A stretch of DNA of 62,177 nt, the filler included, from Pseudomonadota bacterium (GTDB lineage: Bacteria; Bdellovibrionota_F; JAHFAK01; JBDREC01): the NCBI GenBank assembly GCA_043820105.1. It is 5 parts of 5 records of this genome, joined end to end, with 100 filler letters (N's around TTAATTAATTAA, not from the genome) between each part and the next. Parts side by side here need not be neighbours in the genome. Positions count along the whole stretch, not along the records: positions 1 to 8,015 come from JBDREC010000053.1; positions 8,116 to 38,879 come from JBDREC010000054.1; 3 more parts are not named here. The stretch is one strand, 5' to 3'. This document shows, one piece after another, positions 1 to 9,100 of this stretch. Made by a program: the position numbers and the translations under genes. The notes below the pieces were generated by a model, which worked only from the letters and a program-made list of their open reading frames with translations, was not told the origin of the DNA and searched no databases. Numbering within the stretch: position 1 is the first letter of the stretch; each line of letters opens with the position of its first letter.

Positions 1-13
1 TCCAAGCAACATC

Positions 14-361
14 ATGCTTCGCAAAGCATTTTACTCCTGGCTGAATATGCGCGGAAATTACTTTTATATCAAAAATTTGGTTGAATTATTCGTCTTTTCT
101 GAACTAGCCAACGAATCAGAATATACTGCTATCAAAAAAAAGGTTTATCTGTACAGAAATGGATTAAAAATGCCCTTTTTTATTTGGTTAGGAGATTCTT
201 TTTTAAGATCTATGGAACCATTTGTCTTTTTCAGAAGATTAATTTCCTGGTTATATTCTAAAGTTCATTATGTCTATGTGAAACAATTAGAGGATTATCT
301 AAAAGGCCACATACCTACTAATGATGAAAGAGAGGGAAGGATTCCTCTGCTCAGTAAATAA
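14..361 (+). CDS. Hypothetical protein, probably the C-terminal part of a gene starting before the window
   Basis: ORF at the contig edge, convergent with the radical SAM gene; no recognisable motif. Confidence 0.4.
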   Translation: MLRKAFYSWLNMRGNYFYIKNLVELFVFSELANESEYTAIKKKVYLYRNGLKMPFFIWLGDSFLRSMEPFVFFRRLISWLYSKVHYVYVKQLEDYLKGHIPTNDEREGRIPLLSK

Positions 362-365
362 AGTT

Positions 366-1979
366 TTATTTAGTTATGATTCTTTTCTTTTTATAATCCC
401 TAACAAGATTTAGATAAGGCTCTATCAGAGGAAATAAAAGAGAATAATTTTTTCTGAGTAATCTCCTCAAAGTGCTAGAAGCATAATATCTCATATAACA
501 ATGCTTACAAATAAGTTGAAAGTCAAAATTCAAAGTATTTATTATCAAACAATTTTTGTAATCATTTTTCTTTTTGCAATAAGGGCAGTTTATACATAGG
601 TTATACGTATTAGAAGATACTTTTTCTATTTTAGAAGGTACCCTATACCTTTGACTGTTCCCACTTAAAATAAAAAGTCTCTTTCTGAGATGAGTTATAT
701 CTTCATCAGTCATTTTATTAGTCATATTTAAAACCTCTGCTAAATTCATTTGTTTTTTTATAAAAAATAATTCATCTTTAATTATTCCCTGGTTAAGACA
801 ATGCTTGTACAATTCGCTTCCAGGGTATGGACGTACAAAAGTAAGAAAAATCTGATTATTTGCATTTTTTATCCACCAATTTAACGTTTCTTCAGAAGTT
901 TCATTAGTTTCTGCAACATCCCCAAATATAAAATTAGCTTGAACATTTAACCCATTTTTAATCGTAGCATGGAACGCAGAATTTATTTGATTTGGAGTAA
1001 TTGCTTTTTTCATACTTCTTAGAACGATTGGGCTATAACTCTCAAATCCATAGGAAATAGTTACACAGCCAGCATCTTTTAACATTTTAAGGAGATTTTC
1101 ATCAACAACGCTAACCATTAGTTGACACATCCATTTAATTTCTTTTTTCTTTAATTTCATTATTTTTTTAATTTTTAAACAAAACTTTTTTAATCTACTC
1201 TTATCAAAAGCAAAACAATCATCGTAGATAAGTAAAAAATTAACATCGTATTTGTCAATTGCTGTACTAATCTCCAACATGATATTTTCTATACTTCTTT
1301 GCCTATATCGAGAGTCATGATAACAAAAAGTACACTGAAATGGGCAAGACCTACTTGCCAAAATTGGATACATGCGCGGATTATCCAATATGGTAGTGTA
1401 TGGCATAGAATTACAATATGTATGATCAAGCTGTTTTTTAAATTCTAAACCATCAAAATCAGGAAAAGGTAATGAATCTAAATTAGCGATAGGTTCCCTC
1501 TTTTCAGTAATTATTGTTTTATTATTTTCTTTGAAAATGACCCCTTTTACTTTTCTTAAAGAAATATTTTTAACTATAGAATCGAGAAGTTCTACCACAG
1601 ATTCTTCTCCTTCTCCGATTATTCCATAATCTACACCAAGGTCTTCAAACGCTAATTTAGGCATAGTTGTTATTATGGGTCCCCCAAGAATAGTTTTTGG
1701 CCTTGTATTATGGGCTTTTGCTGTATTAATAATTGTCGCAGTTAAGACATATCCTACTGCAAAATTACCTGTGGCTACAAAATCATATTTTTTTTGATCC
1801 AACTTTCTATTTATAATGTCAACAATTTTTCCAGAATGATGATTTAGATTTAGAACATCGACATTATATTTAGCTTTTTTCAAAGAAGCTGAGATGTAAC
1901 CTATCCCTAATGGAAATAAATATCCATAATCTTCATTGAAATTATCAGTATATTTTGGCACTATCAATAGAATATTCAT
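366..1979 (-). CDS. B12-binding domain radical SAM protein
   Basis: N-terminal PLGIGYISASLK and ILGGP cobalamin-binding features, CPFQCTFC (CxxxCxxC), YGFES and FIFG motifs, C-terminal CPYC/CKHC Cys pairs. Confidence 0.9.
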   Translation of the reverse strand: MNILLIVPKYTDNFNEDYGYLFPLGIGYISASLKKAKYNVDVLNLNHHSGKIVDIINRKLDQKKYDFVATGNFAVGYVLTATIINTAKAHNTRPKTILGGPIITTMPKLAFEDLGVDYGIIGEGEESVVELLDSIVKNISLRKVKGVIFKENNKTIITEKREPIANLDSLPFPDFDGLEFKKQLDHTYCNSMPYTTILDNPRMYPILASRSCPFQCTFCYHDSRYRQRSIENIMLEISTAIDKYDVNFLLIYDDCFAFDKSRLKKFCLKIKKIMKLKKKEIKWMCQLMVSVVDENLLKMLKDAGCVTISYGFESYSPIVLRSMKKAITPNQINSAFHATIKNGLNVQANFIFGDVAETNETSEETLNWWIKNANNQIFLTFVRPYPGSELYKHCLNQGIIKDELFFIKKQMNLAEVLNMTNKMTDEDITHLRKRLFILSGNSQRYRVPSKIEKVSSNTYNLCINCPYCKKKNDYKNCLIINTLNFDFQLICKHCYMRYYASSTLRRLLRKNYSLLFPLIEPYLNLVRDYKKKRIITK

Positions 1980-2000
1980 TGAATTTTAAAAAACCGGCAA

Positions 2001-2008
2001 TTTATAAA
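2001..2008 (-). promoter_or_regulatory. Archaeal-type TATA box (TTTATAAA) for the radical SAM gene
   Basis: Exactly 21 nt separate the box from the ATG at 1979; no Shine-Dalgarno. Confidence 0.55.
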
Positions 2009-2115
2009 TTATACCGTTTCATACTCTCTTTTCCCGACTAAGGAAAGATTCCATTAGATTGCCCTTCCTTAAGAGATAAAAAGCTTATTGAAGGGTATTT
2101 GATAAGACACAAAAA

Positions 2116-2123
2116 AATATAAA
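2116..2123 (+). promoter_or_regulatory. Archaeal-type TATA box (AATATAAA) with A-rich BRE-like upstream sequence for the rfbF operon
   Basis: Exactly 21 nt separate the box from the ATG at 2145 (MKCVILCGG); no Shine-Dalgarno. Confidence 0.55.
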
Positions 2124-2144
2124 CCGCTTTTTATGAGTAGTTAT

Positions 2145-2939
2145 ATGAAATGCGTTATCCTCTGTGGAGGCAAAGGCACCAGAATGAAGGAAGAAACGGA
2201 GTTCAAACCAAAACCAATGATTAAAATTGGAAAAATGCCCATTTTATGGCACATAATGAAAATTTATGCCCATTATGGTGTCAAAGAGTTCATTCTATGT
2301 CTAGGTTACAAAGGGGAAATGATAAAAGATTACTTTTTAAAATATCAAGAATTAACTAATAATTTCACCTTAGATATATCTTCCAAAGAAGAAAAAGTAG
2401 TAACAAATCATTGTGATTCAAAAAAAATTGATGATTGGAAAATTACTTTTGTAGACACGGGGGAAGAAAATATGACTGGATCTAGAATTGCCCAAATTAA
2501 AGAATATCTTGGAGAAGATGAAGATTTTTTTTTGACCTATGGGGATGGCCTTTCAGATATCAATATAAAAGAACTATATGCATTTCATAAAGCTAAGTGT
2601 AAGATAGCAACGCTTGCTGCAGTTCAACCTAATTCATATTTTGGAGTAATAAAAATAGAAAATGGGTTAGTTACCTCGTTTCAGGAAAAACCAATACTCG
2701 AAGATACAGTAAATGGGGGTTTCTTTGTTTGTAATAAAAAGATATTTGATTATTTAAATAAAAATCCCTCCTGCGTTTTGGAGCAGGAATCTCTTAGAAA
2801 GTTAACAGAAGATAAAGAACTTGCGGCATTTTCTCACAAAGGATTTTGGTTTGCAATGGATACTTCCAAACATGCCGAAACGTTAAATAAAATGTTAGAA
2901 TCTGGCAATACTCCTTGGATGGTATGGGAGAAAGAATAA
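2145..2939 (+). CDS. rfbF: Glucose-1-phosphate cytidylyltransferase
   Basis: VILCGGKGTRMKEETEFKPKPM, LTYGDG and GFWFAMDT motifs; start moved to the ATG at 2145. Confidence 0.95.
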   Translation: MKCVILCGGKGTRMKEETEFKPKPMIKIGKMPILWHIMKIYAHYGVKEFILCLGYKGEMIKDYFLKYQELTNNFTLDISSKEEKVVTNHCDSKKIDDWKITFVDTGEENMTGSRIAQIKEYLGEDEDFFLTYGDGLSDINIKELYAFHKAKCKIATLAAVQPNSYFGVIKIENGLVTSFQEKPILEDTVNGGFFVCNKKIFDYLNKNPSCVLEQESLRKLTEDKELAAFSHKGFWFAMDTSKHAETLNKMLESGNTPWMVWEKE

Positions 2940-2940
2940 A

Positions 2941-3987
2941 ATGAATGAATCTTTTTGGAAAGATAAAACAATTCTAGTTACAGGACACACGGGATTTAAA
3001 GGCGCATGGCTAATTATTTGGCTTCAGAAATTAGGTGCAAAAGTGATTGGATATTCATTAAAAAATTATCCTAATGATCTCCTCTTCAAAGAAACAAAAA
3101 TTTCTTCGAAAATTACTGATGTCAGGGGGAATATTACTGATTTTGAAACATTAAGGAAAACCTTTGAAGAGTATTCTCCAGAGATAGTATTCCATCTTGC
3201 AGCACAGCCTTTAGTCAGAAAATCTTTTGATGAACCTGTTGATACATTAAAAACAAATATTATGGGAACAACAAATGTTTTAGAATGCATAAGATTAACA
3301 GATAGTGTAAAAGTTGGAGTAATAATAACTTCAGATAAATGTTATAAGAATGTCGAGCAAGTACACGGGTATAAAGAAACCGACGTAATGGGGGGTTATG
3401 ACCCTTACAGTTGCAGTAAAGGTTGTGTTGAACTTATTGTGGATGCCTATAGAAATTCTTTTTTTAAAAAACAAAACAAGTTCGTTGCTAGTGCCAGAGC
3501 AGGAAATGTTATTGGAGGCGGGGATTGGTCTGAAGATAGATTGATACCAGATTGCGTCAAGGCATTGAAAAATAATGTGCCAATAAAAATAAGGAATCCG
3601 AAACATACACGTCCATGGCAACATGTGCTTGAACCCTTATCCGGGTATATTGTGCTAGCAGAAAAGATGTTCAAAGAACAAAAATATGATGAAGCGTGGA
3701 ATTTTGGACCAAATATACAATCTATCAAAACTGTGGGTGAAATAGTTAGTTTATTGGTTGATAGATGGGGTGCTGGTGAATGGATTGATTGTTCAAAGCC
3801 CGATGATAAACACGAAGCTAATCTTTTAAGTTTAGATATTTCAAAATCATATTTTATACTAGGTTGGAAACCAAAAATGAACCTTGAGAAAACTATAAAT
3901 TACACAATTGATTGGTATAAACGAGCAGAAAATGAAAATGCTTATGAATTATGCATGCAGCAGATTGAAGAGTATGGTTTGGAATGA
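2941..3987 (+). CDS. rfbG: CDP-glucose 4,6-dehydratase
   Basis: VTGHTGFKGAW, HLAAQPLV, TSDKCY, YSCSK, RAGNVIGGGDW and RPWQHVLEPL motifs. Confidence 0.95.
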   Translation: MNESFWKDKTILVTGHTGFKGAWLIIWLQKLGAKVIGYSLKNYPNDLLFKETKISSKITDVRGNITDFETLRKTFEEYSPEIVFHLAAQPLVRKSFDEPVDTLKTNIMGTTNVLECIRLTDSVKVGVIITSDKCYKNVEQVHGYKETDVMGGYDPYSCSKGCVELIVDAYRNSFFKKQNKFVASARAGNVIGGGDWSEDRLIPDCVKALKNNVPIKIRNPKHTRPWQHVLEPLSGYIVLAEKMFKEQKYDEAWNFGPNIQSIKTVGEIVSLLVDRWGAGEWIDCSKPDDKHEANLLSLDISKSYFILGWKPKMNLEKTINYTIDWYKRAENENAYELCMQQIEEYGLE

Positions 3988-4874
3988 ACAAAATTAAAGT
4001 TGGTATAATCGGCACAGGGAATATTGGTACAGATCTTTTAATAAAAATACAAAGATCAAAAACATTAGAATGTAGTATATTCACCGGAAGAAATGCCACA
4101 TCCGAAGGAATAAAAAAAGCTAATAGTTTAGGTATAAATACTTCTTTTGATTCGATTAAGGCAATAGAAGAAAACCCCGACTGCTGCGATATAGTTTTTG
4201 ATGCAACCTCCGCTTCATTTCATAAGAATCATTCATCAATACTCAAAAAAATGAAAAAATTTACAATCGACTTGACTCCATCAAAAATAGGGGAAATGTG
4301 CATACCTGTGATTAATATGGATGAATGCCTAAAGTTAGATAACGTAAATCTTATAACTTGTGGGGGGCAAGCCGCTGTCCCCATAGCTCATGCTATAACA
4401 AAAGTGCATCCTGATACGGAGTATATAGAAATAATATCAAGTATATCTTCCAAATCAGCAGGTCCTGGAACCAGAGCGAACATTGATGAGTATACCCAAA
4501 CAACAAAAGATGCAATAATAAAATTTGCGGGTGTAAAAAGAGCAAAAGCAATTATAATATTAAATCCAGCAGAACCTCCTGTCTTGATGCATAATACCAT
4601 TTATGCATTAATAAAAAATCCTAACCTGGAAAAAATAAAATCAGAGGTAAATTTAATTGTAAAAGAAATACAACAATATATTCCAGGGTATAAATTAAAG
4701 ATAGGGCCAATTTTTGAGAATGGTAGGATAACAATAATGATAGAAGTAATAGGATCTGGAGATTTTCTTCCAAAATATTCCGGTAATCTGGATGTAATAA
4801 ATTGTGCTGCAATAAAAATTGCTGAAGAATATGCGGAAAGAAAAATTCTTCAAAAAAGAGGTAAAAATGAATAA
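3984..4874 (+). CDS. mhpF: Acetaldehyde dehydrogenase (acetylating), DmpF/MhpF family
   Basis: IIGTGNIGTDL, DLTP, NLITCGGQA (catalytic Cys), SAGPGTRANIDE and GNLD motifs. Confidence 0.93.
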   Translation: MNKIKVGIIGTGNIGTDLLIKIQRSKTLECSIFTGRNATSEGIKKANSLGINTSFDSIKAIEENPDCCDIVFDATSASFHKNHSSILKKMKKFTIDLTPSKIGEMCIPVINMDECLKLDNVNLITCGGQAAVPIAHAITKVHPDTEYIEIISSISSKSAGPGTRANIDEYTQTTKDAIIKFAGVKRAKAIIILNPAEPPVLMHNTIYALIKNPNLEKIKSEVNLIVKEIQQYIPGYKLKIGPIFENGRITIMIEVIGSGDFLPKYSGNLDVINCAAIKIAEEYAERKILQKRGKNE

Positions 4875-5895
4875 ATTAATGTTTTTTGACTCAACTTTAA
4901 GGGATGGTTCCCATGCTTTCTCACATCAATGGAATAAAGAGAATATAATTTCTTATTGTAGGGAAGCAGATGAAGCTAATTTGTATACCATTATAATTGG
5001 GCATGGGAATGGTTTAGGGGCATCATCACTACAGGTTGGTCTTTCATTATTATCTGACGAAGAAATGATAAAAATTGCACGAAATAAACTTAAAAAAACT
5101 AAACTTGGAGTTTTTTTAATTCCTGGATTCGCAACAATAAAAGATAATCTTGGGCCAGCTTTGGATCTTGGTGTCGATCTTGTGTGCATAGCCTCTCATT
5201 GCACTGAAGCTGACATCACTAAACAGCATATTGAATATGTAAAAAAAAGAGGAAAAGAAGTATATGGCGTCTTGATGATGCATCATATGATATCCGCAGA
5301 AAGATTGCTTGAAGAGGCAAAAAAAATGCAAGAATATGGCGCTCAAGGGGTAATAATAATGGACTCGGCAGGGGCATCCACTCCGGAAATGGTTTGTGAA
5401 AGGATAAAATTATTATCTAATAACCTAAATATCCCAACAGGATTTCATGCACATAATAATTTGGGACTTGCTGTGTCTAATTCATATAATGCAATAAAAT
5501 CTGGTGCAATGATAATTGATGGAACAGTGAGAGGGTTTGGTGCAGGTGCTGGAAATTGTCCAATTGAAGTTTTGGCAGCTCTTCTAAGTAAAGAGTGTAT
5601 AGAGACAAAACTGGATTTATATAAATTGATGGATATAAGTGAAAATATCATCTCAAAAATGCCTTTCGGACAAAATGGGATAGCCCCATTAAACATAATA
5701 AGCGGACTTGCAGGAGTATTTTCGGGATTTGCTCCGCATGTTAAAAAAGCTGCTGAACGTTTTAATGTTGACCCGAGGGATATTTTTTTAGAGCTCGGCA
5801 AAAGAAAAATGGTTGCAGGACAGGAAGATTTTATAGTTGATGTTGCAACAGAACTTGCTAATAAAAAGAAACAAGGAATCAAGAAGGAGGATTAG
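4867..5895 (+). CDS. mhpE: 4-hydroxy-2-oxovalerate aldolase, DmpG/MhpE family
   Basis: DSTLRDGSH, GHGNGLG, HCTEAD, HAHNNLG, GAGAGN and GQED motifs; likely start is the ATG at 4867 after a GAGG RBS. Confidence 0.93.
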   Translation: MNKLMFFDSTLRDGSHAFSHQWNKENIISYCREADEANLYTIIIGHGNGLGASSLQVGLSLLSDEEMIKIARNKLKKTKLGVFLIPGFATIKDNLGPALDLGVDLVCIASHCTEADITKQHIEYVKKRGKEVYGVLMMHHMISAERLLEEAKKMQEYGAQGVIIMDSAGASTPEMVCERIKLLSNNLNIPTGFHAHNNLGLAVSNSYNAIKSGAMIIDGTVRGFGAGAGNCPIEVLAALLSKECIETKLDLYKLMDISENIISKMPFGQNGIAPLNIISGLAGVFSGFAPHVKKAAERFNVDPRDIFLELGKRKMVAGQEDFIVDVATELANKKKQGIKKED

Positions 5896-5901
5896 AAAAA
5901 A

Positions 5902-7698
5902 ATGAAAGTTTCAGATTTTATATTTAAATTCTTATCAGAAAAAGGTGTTGATAATATTTATATGATTGCTGGCGGGCAGGCAATGTTTCTTGTAGATGCA
6001 GTATATCAAAATAAAAAGATAAATGTGATATGCACGCATCATGAACAGGCTGCAGGCATGGCTGCAGAAGCTTATGGGAGGCTGACAGGTAAATTAGGAG
6101 TCGCCCTTGTTACAGCAGGTCCTGGAAGCGTAAACATTACAAACGGGCTTGTTGGCGGTTGGACAGATTCCTCACCAATGATGGTGATTTCAGGACAATC
6201 TGCACTTATAAATGTTCAATATCAGGAAAAAACCAAAATAAGGCAATATGGTATCCAGGGAATAAATATCAGGCCTTTAGTTGAAAATGTAACAAAGTAT
6301 TTCATCACTGTAGACGATCCTAGTAAAATATTATATTATATGCAAAAAGCATATTACCTTGCAACCAGTGGCAGGCCAGGACCTGTTTGGATAGATGTCC
6401 CGCTTGATATACAGAAGATGGAAGTTCCAACGAGCGGAGTCCTCGAGGAATTTACAATTCCTGCAGAAAATCTAGATAACGTTCATTTAAAACAACAGGT
6501 ATCTCAAACATTAGAATTTTTATCTAGTTCTAAACGGCCAATAATTATCGCTGGGCAGGGAATTAGCCTAGCAAATGCTAGAACTGAATTTAGTGAAGTA
6601 ATATCGAAATTAGGCATACCTGTCCTAACATCCAGACTAGGTATAGACCTAATCGAGAGCGAAAATAAGTTATATGTTGGAAGACCTGGAACTTATGGAG
6701 AAAGATCTGCAAATTTTGCAATTCAAAATTCAGACCTGATAATTTCTATTGGGTGCAGGCTGGCGTCGGCTTTAGTAGGGCATGACCCCCAAACTTTTGG
6801 AAAATATGCAAAAAAAATTGTAGTAGACATTGACGTAAAAGAATTAGAAAAGCCCGGAGTAATAATTGACTTAAAAATACATAATGATGTGAGGCTATTT
6901 TTGAATGAGATATTAAAACAATATAATAATATAAAAAAGAAAGATTTTAATGAATGGATTTCTATATGCAATGAATGGAAGAAAAAATATCCTGTTGTCT
7001 TGGAGTCCTACAAGAGCGAAAAACCAGTCAATTCATATTATTTTACAAATAGGCTTTCTAACCTTGCAAAAAAAGAAGATATTATACTTGTAGACACAGG
7101 CTCATGCTTTCATGTCGCCTGTCAAACATGGAAGATAAAAAAGGGCCAAAGATTCTTGACAACAGGAGGACTTTCATCCATGGGATACTGGGTTGCAGGG
7201 ATTGGGGCATGCATTGCCAACAACAGAAAAAATACAATTGTCATAACTGGAGATGGTAGCCTTCAGATGAATATTCAGGAATTTGCAACAATAAAGCATA
7301 ATAACCTACCCCTCAAAATATTTATCTTCAACAATAATGGCTATCTATTGATAAGGCACACACAGCAAAATTTTATGGAGGGAAGATTACTAGGTGAAGG
7401 ACCGAAGACAGGAGTTTGGTGCCCAGATTCATTAAAAATAGCCAATGCATATGGGCTTAAAGGTGTCAGGATAGACTCTATTGACCAAATCGATAAAAAA
7501 ATAAAAGAAGTTCTTGATTATGATGGGCCAGTAATATGTGATGTAATGACCCCAGAATGGCAATTACTAATACCAAGAGTTTCATCTGATAAAAAATCTG
7601 ATGGGACATTGGTGTCAAAACCTTATGAGGATATGTATCCTTTCTTGGATAGAAATGAATTTAAAAAAAATATGATTATCAAACCAGTCGATGAATAA
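5902..7698 (+). CDS. ThDP-dependent enzyme of the acetolactate synthase large-subunit family, YerE-like (branched-chain sugar synthesis)
   Basis: HHEQAAGMAAE, GRPGPVWIDVPLD and GDGSLQMN...NNNGY ThDP motif; located in a CDP-sugar cluster. Confidence 0.85.
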   Translation: MKVSDFIFKFLSEKGVDNIYMIAGGQAMFLVDAVYQNKKINVICTHHEQAAGMAAEAYGRLTGKLGVALVTAGPGSVNITNGLVGGWTDSSPMMVISGQSALINVQYQEKTKIRQYGIQGINIRPLVENVTKYFITVDDPSKILYYMQKAYYLATSGRPGPVWIDVPLDIQKMEVPTSGVLEEFTIPAENLDNVHLKQQVSQTLEFLSSSKRPIIIAGQGISLANARTEFSEVISKLGIPVLTSRLGIDLIESENKLYVGRPGTYGERSANFAIQNSDLIISIGCRLASALVGHDPQTFGKYAKKIVVDIDVKELEKPGVIIDLKIHNDVRLFLNEILKQYNNIKKKDFNEWISICNEWKKKYPVVLESYKSEKPVNSYYFTNRLSNLAKKEDIILVDTGSCFHVACQTWKIKKGQRFLTTGGLSSMGYWVAGIGACIANNRKNTIVITGDGSLQMNIQEFATIKHNNLPLKIFIFNNNGYLLIRHTQQNFMEGRLLGEGPKTGVWCPDSLKIANAYGLKGVRIDSIDQIDKKIKEVLDYDGPVICDVMTPEWQLLIPRVSSDKKSDGTLVSKPYEDMYPFLDRNEFKKNMIIKPVDE

Positions 7699-7709
7699 AT
7701 GGGGAACTT

Positions 7710-8015
7710 ATGGTAAAATATTATGATTCAAAATTTCTAGAAAATTATTTTTCTAAGGTTTTTAAAAAATTAAAAATAAAAAAAAGAATTTATAAACCAG
7801 TGGTGGACGGATTGATAGAGACTTCTTATAGGGGGGTTGACTCGCACGGAATTGAGTTATTTCCCAAATATGTAGATGAAGTCTTAGAAGGAAGAATAAA
7901 TATCAACCCAAATTTTGTTTTTGAAAAGACCTCAAGCTCGGTACTCGTTTTAGATGCAGATCATACTTTTGGCATAACCAGTTCCTTTTTTGCCATAAAC
8001 AAAGCAATAAAGGTG
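7710..8015 (+). CDS. Ldh_2 (malate/L-lactate/sulfolactate dehydrogenase-like) oxidoreductase, truncated by the contig end
   Basis: RGVDSHG and LDADHTFG motifs. Confidence 0.8.
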
Positions 8016-8115
8016 NNNNNNNNNNNNNNNNNNNNNNNNNNNNNNNNNNNNNNNNNNNNTTAATTAATTAANNNNNNNNNNNNNNNNNNNNNNNNNNNNN
8101 NNNNNNNNNNNNNNN
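8016..8115. other. Artificial contig linker
   Basis: N-run containing TTAATTAATTAA (stops in all frames). Confidence 0.98.
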
Positions 8116-8310
8116 ATTTCCCATTTCATCAAAATATTCAACTTTAATCTTTTTATGTCTCTTTATTTTAATAAAAAATGCAACATCAAAACTAAAGCAA
8201 GAATCCCAAACTTCAATCAGTTCTTCGCTCTTCCAAACAACCTTTGGATTTATCATTACAATCGACCTATTTGGCAATTTTGCAAAAATGACTTGTTTAT
8301 TTCTACCAAT
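8116..8310 (-). pseudogene. Peptide deformylase-like internal fragment
   Basis: IG-NKQVIF...MINPKVVWKSEE...WDSCFS...IKRHKKIKVEYFD resembles the PDF core; the N-terminus is replaced by transposase sequence. Confidence 0.65.
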
Positions 8311-8573
8311 TTTTCCCATATCCTTAAACATGTTAGATCAGATTCCTTATCCAAATAACTTAATATTGTATCCTTATATTTTGTAACAACACTTTCCTTA
8401 TTAATTTTTGCATTAAATGAAGATTCTCCTTTTTGATCATATTCATTAATAAATTTTCTAACAGTAGTTCTAGATATTTTTAAATCCTTTGCTATTTGCC
8501 TAATTGATTTTCCTGATTTTTGTAATGTTACAACTGTTATTCTTTCTGCCATGGTTTTCATACCTTTCTCCAA
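8256..8573 (-). pseudogene. istA: IS21-family IstA transposase N-terminal fragment
   Basis: HTH GKSIRQIAKDLKISRTTVRKF and LTCLRIWEKL; lies just inside an IS21-type end. Confidence 0.75.
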
Positions 8574-8689
8574 AATTGATCGTTATTAATTTGTTTTTTT
8601 GATCCCTCTTGCTGTTTAAATTCTTTTCAATCAACAAAAAGCTTATTTTTTTTTAATAACTAATCAATTCTTGGTTCTTTTTTTTTGCT

Positions 8690-8756
8690 ATTTTTACTTT
8701 GGCAGGTGGTCCACTTTTGCGTCCCTTTGGTGGGTCAGTTTATCGGCCCATTTGCA
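8690..8756 (-). mobile_element. IS21-family terminal repeat (left end)
   Basis: Minus strand reads TGCAAATGGGCCGATAAACTGACCCACCAAAGGGACGCAAAAGTGGACCACC: TG start and repeated internal boxes; a close relative is at 39050-39118. Confidence 0.8.
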
Positions 8757-9100
8757 ATTTCTGTTTGTTTTTTAGTAGGCATAGAGAGATTGAAGCATAA
8801 AAACTATGCAATGTCAATTAGCCGTGTCGCACAACCACTTGAAATTATTGGACAAATTTCCGATTTTTGGCTTAATATAAGGGCTTTAAATATTTTCCTA
8901 ATACCCCACCGAATTATTGCCTGCTATGATTAATCATAGTCAACTGTAGTCCCTGTCAGGCATGTCCCTGTTAGCTTTGCATGTTGCTCTTAATTTTGTT
9001 GGTCTTGCAGGTTTTAATAAAAAATATGATTTTTTTTTAATCCTTATGTCGAAATTTCAGTAGAGTATATTTAGGACTTGACCGACTGGTGACTGGTGTT

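Noticed and set aside
3984-5895. Aromatic meta-cleavage pathway
   Set aside because: No dioxygenase, hydrolase or hydratase genes are present; the pair is embedded in a nucleotide-sugar operon
8016-8115. TTAATTAATTAA palindrome recurring four times in the window
   Set aside because: It sits inside N-runs of identical length and is an artificial contig linker; ORFs running into the X residues are truncation artefacts
8715-8730. GGACGCAAAAG resembling part of a c-di-GMP-I riboswitch
   Set aside because: It lies within the IS21 terminal repeat and the other riboswitch elements are absent
8790-8850. Possible sigma54 promoter next to the IHF-like CAACCACTTGAAAT
   Set aside because: The candidate TTGCATAGTTTTTATGC has the wrong -24/-12 spacing (off by 2) and lacks GG
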